From: Eukaryota sp. TZLM1-RC
Taxonomy: Eukaryota; Protista; Metamonada: BaSk clade
DNA: 64,000 bases
Assembly (NCBI GenBank): GCA_040285825.1
Contig: JAUPSS010000005.1
Coordinates: 1,116,001-1,180,000, forward strand
Reading direction: 5' to 3'
The translations under genes were made by a program, and so were the position numbers. Positions 49,537-59,214 of the stretch are shown piece after piece; the stretch's first letter is position 1, and every line of letters begins with the position of its first letter. The notes under the pieces were generated by a model that made no database searches, had not been told where the DNA came from, and saw only the letters and a program-made list of their open reading frames with translations.

Positions 49537-50904
49537 TTAAAACAACAAGGGCAACCTAACAACTGCTAGTCTTCCTTGATTCCCGTTGCTGATCTCTACC
49601 AATAAAGGTGAAACATTGTCCTCGTGTGTCAAATATTCTATTGATGTGATAATTACGACATCAAAAGTTTTACCAAATTTTGAATCATCTACTTCAATTA
49701 CTCCAGTTCTAAAAGAGATGGGATCACTCAAAATTTTGGATTCTATATTTTCAAGCTCTGTCAAAATTTTGAAAGTAAAGGTAAGTGTACCATCATCATT
49801 TTCAAATTGTTTACAACAAAATTCGCTTTGAAAAGCATTTTCTTGATTAATTGAAGGAATTATTAAGGGTAATTCTAATTTTTCAGAATTATAAAAATGA
49901 ACACCGAGTAAATCATTTTTAAAGTTGAAAAAATGATCAAAATCAACATTATTCAAATGAAATAAAGAGGCAGAACTGGTTAAGTAATTTAAACAAAAAT
50001 AGAGATCAATCAAAATTTCACCTTCTGAGTGCAAAAATTTGATAAAACAATGTTCCTTATCATTTAACTTTAACTTAGTTGTTTCTATATTGAATTCAGC
50101 ACCTTGGTCAACGAAATTCTTTTTCAAAAGCTCAAAAAGTTCACCATTAAGCTCACTAAAATTTTGACAATTTTGCCCTGAAAATTTGGTCAATTTAAAC
50201 ATGATAAAAAGTAAACAAAACTGACGTACACGTTCAATCAAATTGCCAGTCAAATTGTCAATCAAATTTGATAATTGCATCACACCATCAACTCCTGACA
50301 CCAACTCAATCAACCTAATCAGCTCAAATTCATCACGTGATCCGCAATCAATCACGTGAGACAATCCTTTTTGGTCAAACGACGTCAACAGACTGCAACT
50401 TGGACAAGAAAACGAAGGAATTTCTGGTTGACAACAATGCTTATTAGAAGTCGTTACCATTTCCAAACATTTGTTACACTGAGCTTTTTCATTTTTGCAA
50501 TTTCTAAAGTAGACATGGTGTAAAACTTCAATTCCTTGGATGTTATTATTACAATATGGACATGTGGTTGGGATAGAGAATGGTTCTTCACCAGGTGAAT
50601 TTTGATCAATCACGTCATCATTTTGACCTACTTTTTGAGTTAGAGTGGATTTTAGGTTGGTAACGGCAGATTTAAATTCGTCAATTGTGGTGACCTGGAG
50701 ATTGGAAAAGGCAGTTGCAAAGTCCTTAGGGGTTAATGTCATAACAGAACGGGGTGCAAAGACGTTAGTGAATAACCATGTGTAGAAGATCAGATCGTTG
50801 TTTTGGTCAATGGAAAGATCATCGAGAAGGCGGAAGAAACCATCAGAATAGAGGAGCAGTTCAGGAATGTCAGAATAGGTGTAGAATAAAGAGTCAGCTG
50901 ACAT
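49537..50904 (-). CDS. Protein with DCN1-like N-terminal segment followed by TRAF-like Cys/His zinc fingers
   Basis: LFYTYSD...DGFFRLLDDLSID...LTPKDFATAFSNLQVTTIDEFK resembles the DCN1 PONY N-lobe; CPYC...H...C, CNKC, CPSC...H...C. Confidence 0.6.
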   Translation of the reverse strand: MSADSLFYTYSDIPELLLYSDGFFRLLDDLSIDQNNDLIFYTWLFTNVFAPRSVMTLTPKDFATAFSNLQVTTIDEFKSAVTNLKSTLTQKVGQNDDVIDQNSPGEEPFSIPTTCPYCNNNIQGIEVLHHVYFRNCKNEKAQCNKCLEMVTTSNKHCCQPEIPSFSCPSCSLLTSFDQKGLSHVIDCGSRDEFELIRLIELVSGVDGVMQLSNLIDNLTGNLIERVRQFCLLFIMFKLTKFSGQNCQNFSELNGELFELLKKNFVDQGAEFNIETTKLKLNDKEHCFIKFLHSEGEILIDLYFCLNYLTSSASLFHLNNVDFDHFFNFKNDLLGVHFYNSEKLELPLIIPSINQENAFQSEFCCKQFENDDGTLTFTFKILTELENIESKILSDPISFRTGVIEVDDSKFGKTFDVVIITSIEYLTHEDNVSPLLVEISNGNQGRLAVVRLPLLF

Positions 50905-50965
50905 TGAGAAGAAGAATGGGTCACAGTTGAAACCAGAAAAAATGATTTCTAGTTTTGGTTTCATT

Positions 50966-51122
50966 CAGGGTGGCAACCTTTTTACATCACCCACCCCGAC
51001 CTAGGTCGTTGACCGATCGGCTGATCGGTTAGAGATTGTTTTTAGGTCGGATTTTACTGTGTTTCAACGGTTATATTACTATGTCGGATTTCAGTCGGCC
51101 GACCAAAGTTTATGTCGGGGAC
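50966..51122. repeat. Cluster of CCGAC/GTCGG motifs starting CAGGGTGGCAAC; probable orphan DNA-transposon end
   Basis: Several ccgac/gtcgg/ccgatcgg motifs in ~150 bp of otherwise CpG-poor DNA; no partner TIR found. Confidence 0.45.
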
Positions 51123-51550
51123 CAATCTGTATTATTTGGACTGTAAATGTTTAAAAGAGTTGATGTGGTTTTGTTCAAATTACCTAAACACAGGTAACAT
51201 TTACGTATCATGTGTATAAACTCAACAAAAACCAAGCAATACAGTCTATTCAATTAGATCAATGACAAAGCAAAGTCTGTTGAGTCTTTGTTCATGTCTG
51301 AAAAACCTAAGTTTGTGCTTTAAGTTTGGAGATATCTGTTTCTTCTCATGTCCAAACATCCTTCTTCACTACTTTCACCATCGCTGTCCAGATCTGTGCC
51401 AACGGCGGAATTGTACCACAATGCCATATTTACGTGGAATAACAATTCAAAGTGCAAAGAGAGAATGTTGTGAAAGTTGATGAACTTACAATGATGCGAT
51501 TCATAATTTGATAATAATCAATCAGTTGACTTCAATCAAACTGATCAACA

Positions 51551-52880
51551 ATGTATACGTTCAAACGCCTTCTCGCAACCTTTGCTGTTGGGCTAGGTGT
51601 GTCTTATTAGTCTCGTCTCTCTTATCACAGGTCATGCCAGTATCTTTAATACAATTATTGCAATTTACGTCCCCGCTAGTATCAAGACTCTCTTCAACAA
51701 TAGTGCTACAGCTCTAGGTGTTATAACGGGCATTGGATCTTTGTGGCAGATATTAGGTATTGTACTCGCATTGATTTCAGACAGAGTTCAATTTAAGCTT
51801 GGTAGAAGACGTCCCTTCATCTCCTTTGGGGCTCTTCTTACTCTTATCGCACTTGCTCTCTTTATCTTGAATGAGCAGCTTGACAATCTTCTTACACAAC
51901 GCATTTTGTTTCTCACTGGTTACTACCTTGCTATGATCGGTCTGTCTATCATTCAAATGCTCACTTCAACTTTACTGGTTGATCTGATCTCAAAGGAACA
52001 ACAAGGTACTGGTTCTGGAATTGTTTCACTTTACCAAGTTCTAGGCTCGGTCCTTGGCTTTGGTATGGTTGCTTTAGAGTTGGAAACAACATATCTCCTC
52101 ATTGTGTTCATCGGAGCCATGTCAGTTTGCGCATTACTCACATTAACATCAGCAAAGGAAAAGCAGTACAAGAGAGCAGATGATGAGTCATTGAACATCA
52201 TCACCATTGTTAAAGACCTTCGTTTTAAACCTTCAAATCATAGAAACTTTGTTTTGGTTTCAATCTGCAGGTTTTTAACATTTGCTGGGTTGGGGATCCA
52301 AATGTTTTTCATTTTTTGGCTTTCAGATGTCCTCCTCCTACCCAATCCTGAAACTTCAATGTCCTATGTTGCATTAGTAATGCTAGCGTGTGGTGTCCTT
52401 TTTGCAATCCCAATTGGCAAGATTTGTGATAAAGCGTCAAAGAAAAAGCTGATGATGTTTGGCCATTGCTCTTTAATTGTTTTCATCATTGGAATGATTT
52501 TCGTAAATTCTTTCTGGCAGGTGTTCATCACTGGTGTTTTCTTAAGTTTGGGGCAAATCTCATATGGTGCCTCTGAACTGGCTTTTACATGTTCTGTTCT
52601 TCCTAATCCCACCAAGTCCGGTTCCTATTTAGCATTATTTGGACTCTTGATAATGGCTGGTATGTCGTTTGGGTCTCTGTGTTTTGGTTCAGTTTTGGAC
52701 TTTTTTGAGACTGAGATGTCCACTCCAGAAGCAAGGAGTTACTCACATTTCGGTTATATTGTGATCTTTTGCCTTGCTCTAATGTTTTGGTTATGTGCTT
52801 TTATTGTAGCAACTAGAATTACGATTCCTTCAAAGCAAGAAGAGAGAACTATGAAGGAAATTGATGAAGATTTGATTTAG
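51551..52880 (+). CDS. MFS transporter (GPH/sugar-cation symporter-like), 431 aa, join(51551..51596,51631..52880)
   Basis: ~12 hydrophobic helices; SDRVQFKLGRRRPFI motif; 34-nt GT-AG intron restores an ATG-initiated frame. Confidence 0.9.
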
Positions 52881-53272
52881 ACTGTAAATTCTGATTGTTC
52901 AATAACTTTCATTAAACTTACACACTTAACAAAATTAATTCATAACTAAAGGGACGAAATTCATTGAACCAAGATTTCCTCTACAAAATCTTGATCTGCT
53001 TGCTGTCTAGCTAAAGCTTCTCTAATTCGGTTGAAAAATCCGAGGTGATCTATTAATAATGGCAAATTGAATTCGAGAACGCCATAAAAAGATATCAAAT
53101 CTTTTCATTGTTTTTTCTTGAACCATTTTCTGGAACTCATTAAAAAAGTTCCTGCTTCAACTGATACTCTTCCGTTTATAGAAAATGAAAAAGCAATAAA
53201 AACAAAGTCAACAACAGCTTCAGAGTTCTCAATCAAATCACAATATACATCATCTCTGTCATCAGAATCAGT

Positions 53273-53800
53273 CTGCTTCTTACCTTTTTCAAAATAGATC
53301 AGCTTATATGAATATGACACGAAAACTATAACAAATAACTAAATAACGAAATAACTACAAATACCAAGAATTAGCTTCGCGTCCTAATTCTATTGCTACG
53401 CCTAGGACGTTTAGAGACTGTATACTCATTGGAGGTACCTTGTCGTTGACTAGTGATCTGAGAGGAATTTCTGTATAACGTGTTTTTCAGCGTCGCCTTT
53501 TGCAACAGCTTTGAGGAAATCATTATCCTGTGGATTTTCTGCGTTATAGATTTTGCAATCTTTCTTGGCAGCTCTCAATTCAGTGCCAGTGGTAAGATTC
53601 TTTAATAATAAAGTGGATTTGGAAGGGATGTCAATAACATAGGATGGTCCATTGCAAGATCCATGCAGTCTATTATATTGCTTGATTTTACGTAAGACGT
53701 GGTCGCCAATATTAAATACAATGAAGCACTAATCAGTATTTTGGCCGTTGCTTTTCTCGAAGTCGTTGCACTTCTTTCTCTTTTTGCTTTTTCATTCACC
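53273..53800 (-). mobile_element. Fragment of the same chromovirus family as 12187-14974 (GPF motif to PPT), no LTR
   Basis: FIVFNIGDHVLRK...LLLKNLTTGTELRAAKKDCKIYNAENP matches 14347-14612; similarity ends at ...agaagcag. Confidence 0.85.
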
Positions 53801-54151
53801 TTTTCCGTTATTATTCAATGTATGATTGATTGCATATGGTGATTCTTCAATGACAGTGTTCTGTTCTATCCCTAAGACATCAAACTCAGAAACACAAAAA
53901 AGGTATAAAACTGTAATATTTCTTTAAATATTAAATATTTATTGAACATGTACACTTAATAAAACTCAATTTCAATAATTCAATACATTAGAACATTTTC
54001 CAAAAATGTAAATTGATTTGAGCCATCTGAGGCCAACTTGGGGAATGGTATAATCATTCAGCACCGAAACTATTCAAATGGCAACATCATTACATAATAA
54101 CTATTTACGCTAACTATTTATTGCAAAAACACATTCACAAAACAAAAATTT

Positions 54152-57100
54152 CTAATTGAGATGGTAAACTCCAACTCTTTGAGGTGTACTAACATTATCC
54201 GTATGTCCAAGACCCTAAAATGAATAATAATAGGAAACAACACACAAGTTGACCGTTTTTGTTCCATCCCACGGCATAGAGCTCTCCGTTTACCACGTAC
54301 ATTGTGTGACCTTCTCCAAGAGCAAACTTTTTTGCACGAACGTCAAAGTCAAGCTCAACAGGTTCAAGAAAAACCTCATCAGTTTGCTCTGACAACTGGT
54401 GATATTGGTTATCACCCCATCCCCATGCTTGGCCATTTGTTTCTCTTACAATAACGTGGGAAGTTCCAGAGTAAAGTTCTGCAATGAATGGGATATCTTG
54501 AACAAGAAGTGGTTCTTTGGACTCTGCAACATTCAGTCCAACACCTAATTGTCCTTCAGCATTATACCCAAAGGTGTAAACTTGTCCATTATCAGCCAAG
54601 ATGGCAGTATGCCAGTTTCCAGCAGCAACAGAGGCAATTGCATAATCAAAAGGGATAACATTAACAGGTACTCCCTGACTATAGTCTTGAGCAGTCTGAC
54701 CAAAGAAAGAACAACCTAAAGTAAGCAAAAAACAAGGAGCACACCCCAGGTGTATAGGCGACCATTATTGTCAAGGGCAGTTGAATGGTAAATACCAGCA
54801 GATACTTGGCCAATGTCCGAAAGCACTTCAAGCAGCACTGGTTCATTGATTTTGGCAATATTGGTCAGTCCAAGTTGCTGGTAGTGATTGCTACCACTTA
54901 CATAGACTTCATTGTCTGTCGTTAAGAAGAGTGTGTGAAGAGCTCCTGCAGAGACAGACTTGAGTGGAGGCAGCGTATTACTGTGGGTTGGCGTGTTTCT
55001 TTGAAGAAACGTCAGGTCTCCCTATTATCAGTTGAGAATGAAGAACATACAATATGACCCTCATGGTTCTGTCCCCAAGACTCTCTCCTTAGATTGACCA
55101 ACAACGCAACAGTATGGCGATGACCTGCGGTAATTCCTTGGACTCTGGTTAACGCTTGCAGAGGCAGAGGCGACTGACTCTCTCCAAGTATGGTCTTTCC
55201 TTCAAACTCACTACCAGCAGCGTAGATCTCTCCGTCTGTGAATAGAAACATAGTATGATCACTAGCAGCAGAAAATGTTGAGAGGATCCTTCCAGTGAGA
55301 TCTAGTTTCACCTGTTGAGGAAAGACAATTGGTGTAGAAGTTGAACCAATACCCAAATTACCAGCATGATTAGCCCCGGTTCCACTGACACTGTTGTTGT
55401 TGAATATAAAGAACGAATTATGAGGCCCACTGGTAATGGCAGCCACTGGAGCAATGTCCAATATTGTGGGTCTATTTGAGAAATTGGCAAAGCCCAAACC
55501 TAGTTGTCCATGGCCATTAGCTCCCCAAGCGATGACGCTACCATTTGTGTGAAGAGCAATGTTATGCCAAAAACCAGCAGCTAATGATGCATAAGCAGAC
55601 CCTATCGGAACTAAAGACGGGGTGGGGCTGTTTTCCGAAGAACGTCCCAATTGAAAGTACACATTGCTTCCCCATGCGTAAATGGAGCCAAAGACGTCCA
55701 TCACTATCGAATGAGATCTACCAGTGGCTAATAAGTTTGGAGCGAATGTAACACCTTGAACATTGATCATCGTGTTTCTATCATTGTCAGTGCCGTCCCC
55801 AAGCTGTCCTAAAGTTAAAGAGCAGTAGAAAGTCGATACCGAAATGGTTATGCCCATATGAACGAAGCTGTCCGTTCCGTACCACTAGAGTGTGGAAATA
55901 CTTTGATGAAAAGGAAGAAACGCCATTGGATTGAAGTACCTGAACGGGTTCTGTTCTTGCATTGAAGGTACCATCTCCCTAGGGTAAGGGTTCGGGTTTG
56001 GGTTGCATACGAGTTGACCAAACTGATTATGTCCCCAAGTGTATAAAACATTACCACCATTTACTCTGGCGAGAACAGTGTTGTGCTCATAACCCGCTTC
56101 TATTTCCAGTATCATAGAGGGGAGTCCATCAACATAAACTGGGTCATATGAAGCAGTTCCCGCATCGTCACCATGGTATAGGAGTCCTGCTGTGTAAACA
56201 TCACCAGTTGAAGTCAGTAGAAGCGTATGGTAACTCCCAGCACTTACACCAATAAATTGATCATTCTGATTCAATCCCTCAATTTCAACTAATTGAGGCC
56301 AGGGTTGGAAGAAAGCATCACCTGTGCCGAGTTGTCCTATGGTAAGAGATCTCATGCGATGACCATACCGTAGTGGTTCCTTTCATTAGAAATAAAATAT
56401 AAACAAACCTTCCAAAAAGATGAACAGAATTATCTCCAAGAATTGCTGCCGTTGTTTGCCGTTTTGTATCAACATCTCTTACATTATCAAAACCTATGAG
56501 CATGGCACAAACGTCGTGAATTGTAGTGGCCATCCTTCTTCCACTGTAACTCAGTTCGATATAGTAATGGTCAGGGTCTTCGTAAAACTCAATAGTGATA
56601 TCAATGTCGGGATTGTTGACAGTTTGAGCAACCATTTGTCTAAAGGTTTGATCAAGGTCATCAAGATCGTCCACCTCAATGGGACAGAAAGAAGCAGCTT
56701 CTAGCCTACGGATAGCTGCGAGAAGTTGAGACGGACGGAAGGAGACATTGTCAACGGTTGTGGAACGAGAAAACATAGAGAGAGACATGTCAACGTTGTA
56801 TTGGTTGTTGAGGTTGTTTAAAGAGCTCACATCATAGGAAATTCCTGGAAATGACTGCAAGAGCTGACCAACCCGATCAAACACGGCTTCTAAACAATCG
56901 TTGGGATCAGAGTCATCAACCACTGGAAGTTCTGCGAAAGAAGATGTGGAAATCAATTCAGCAGCATTATTGATAGTGTTGAGGTTACCAAGAACGTTGA
57001 TTATTAGAGTTGAAGCGATGCTGAGGACAAGAAGAACAACCAACGTGTAGATCCACGAAGGCAATCCATCTGTTGGTTTCACTGGTTCAAGATCTTCACT

Positions 57101-57169
57101 CTCTGGAACTTCAGGTTGAGAGAAGTCTCCAACTCTAAAGCCTGAATCTCTTCTTCGTAGAGACATCAT
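54152..57169 (-). CDS. Type II membrane protein with multi-blade RCC1 repeats, 934 aa, 8 exons: 57169-56409, 56379-56369, 56336-56011, 55978-55840, 55808-55051, 55021-54745, 54715-54246, 54214-54152
   Basis: Seven 29-32-nt GT-AG introns; each removal restores an RCC1 motif (e.g. LFGRNHYGQLGTGD); total 2805 nt, stop-free; N-terminal TM WIYTLVVLLVLSIASTLII. Confidence 0.9.
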
Positions 57170-58254
57170 CTGAAACAATGATTTTGGAGTCTCATCTGTA
57201 AAACTGTAAAGAGTTCAGGACATCAGTGGGTTTACAGTTAGACTCAATTGATTGATTTCAACTATATTCTGTTTAAGGGAACATTACTCAAGTGTGGAAT
57301 CTTTTTTGAATAACGGTTATCATTATTCAGGATTATTCCACTCAAGTAAAGAAATCACACAACAAATTTGATATTTTTTAACGGCACTCACGATTAGGAT
57401 TATCCACCATAAAAAAGAAAAAATAACTCGATTCTAGATTAACAAGGTTTTCTCGGTTCTTTCATCGAATTAGAAAAAGCAGAAGTATATCTGATCAGGA
57501 TTTTGTGGTGGAAATTTTTTTTCACTAAATTTCTTCAGTCCTGATTATATTGTAGTTAAAACAATCTAATTACTGATATGGCGAATGGGAACCACGACTA
57601 AATCTTACTAGTTAGTAATAAAGTTAGTAAAGTAACATTTTTCAAGATATACAGGGGTTCTTCACCATTAGACCATCATCAAAATAGATTCATGGATGGA
57701 TCAAACAACACAAAACGTTCACTATTGTTAATCAACTAGCACTATCCAAATCAAATTCAATCAACTTTCAACACCAATTCAATTTTTCCATTTTATTTAA
57801 AACCTAAACAAATGAAAATTAAAAAGGAAGTAAATAAATCAGAGTCTTGAATTTGGATGTTTTTGTTGAATCATTTCCTTTTGAAGTTTCAGTAAGATAA
57901 ATAGTTGCTGCATTTTATTGATGAGATTATTGCTCATTCCAAGGTCTAAAACCTGTAAAAGAATTTGTGTTTCAAAAAAGTAAAAATTATATTTCTCAAT
58001 TGCTTTTACCACATCTTTTCTGCTAGAAAATATCGTGCATGGTTGTCTGACGGTGTAGAATGTTAGATAACCCATGCGTGGTGGGTTAAAACTGTTGCAA
58101 GCTCAGTATTTCATGATTGTTAATAGGAAAAATGAATTTTGTTGATAATATAGCGTATTTTATATATTTTAAATTAAAACTTTCATGTTGTGTAATTAAC
58201 ACCTTATCAAAAATCCAATATTTAACCAATGATTTCTGTAAGTTTTTTAAGCTA

Positions 58255-58400
58255 ATGGTAAATAATGCCATTCATTCTAAAAAGTTTGTTCATGGTGTTT
58301 TAAAGCCAGATCAATTTGCTTGTAAATGGTCGTGTTTGGTGGCTTTACTGTCATTCACCCACACATATGGATCTCCAAAAGTAATATGGTTATGCCGAAT
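58255..58400 (+). pseudogene. Small decayed fragment of the TKL-like kinase family
   Basis: IHSKKFVHGVLKP then shifted LLVNGRV, compared with LHSKSVIHGDLKPENILLVNGQL in 35486-37234. Confidence 0.4.
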
Positions 58401-59214
58401 GTTCTGCCGCAACTGAAATTCCCAACAATGCCTATAACAAAGTAAAGAACACCAAAAACTCAGTTCAGAGTTCCTCATTGATTAATCGTCTGAGATTAAT
58501 TGTCATTGATATGAAAAAGTTACGAGCCCGTGTTTTCGTTTCGCTTATAACTCTCGTAAGTGTTAATCAAGTGTGGTTTTAGCAACACTTGTTCTATCCT
58601 ATTTCAATAATTTGAAATTAAATATTCAATAAATATAAAATAAATTCAAATTAAATCTGGTCCATTACCTGCTTTGAAAAAGACCATCATCCTCAAAAAA
58701 CGTAAATCAGTTAATAAGAAATATTGGATTTTCATTACACATAGATTTCAAAAATCGAATACCCTCAATTATTCACATATTGTACCTTTTCAAGAATATG
58801 TTTCCTCCTTCTCTGTTTTTTCTACCCTTTCATTATAGAAGTAACGTGTTGAGCTTCTCATTGGTCTTGACACAACTGCATACCACTACAACTGCTTTGA
58901 AAATCTTGTCAGTTGGATATTCAACACATCACAGAAGCAATTCAAATGGAGAATCATACTCTTAATAAATAATAAGGACAAATGTATTGCTTCTATTGTA
59001 TTGTTGTGCTATTCTGGATGTAATATATTGGATTTAGTTTACTCGTAATAAGGTCAACAATCCAAATACAATCGTAAATTATTTTGTAGAATCTCTATTT
59101 ACTGCAAAAGTGATCTTGAAATTTGAAAATTGTAATTGAGCAGAAAACCAAAATTTTCACCAACATTTTTCCTCACAACTGTCCTTACCCAAATCGGCAC
59201 CAGTAAGCCAAGTC

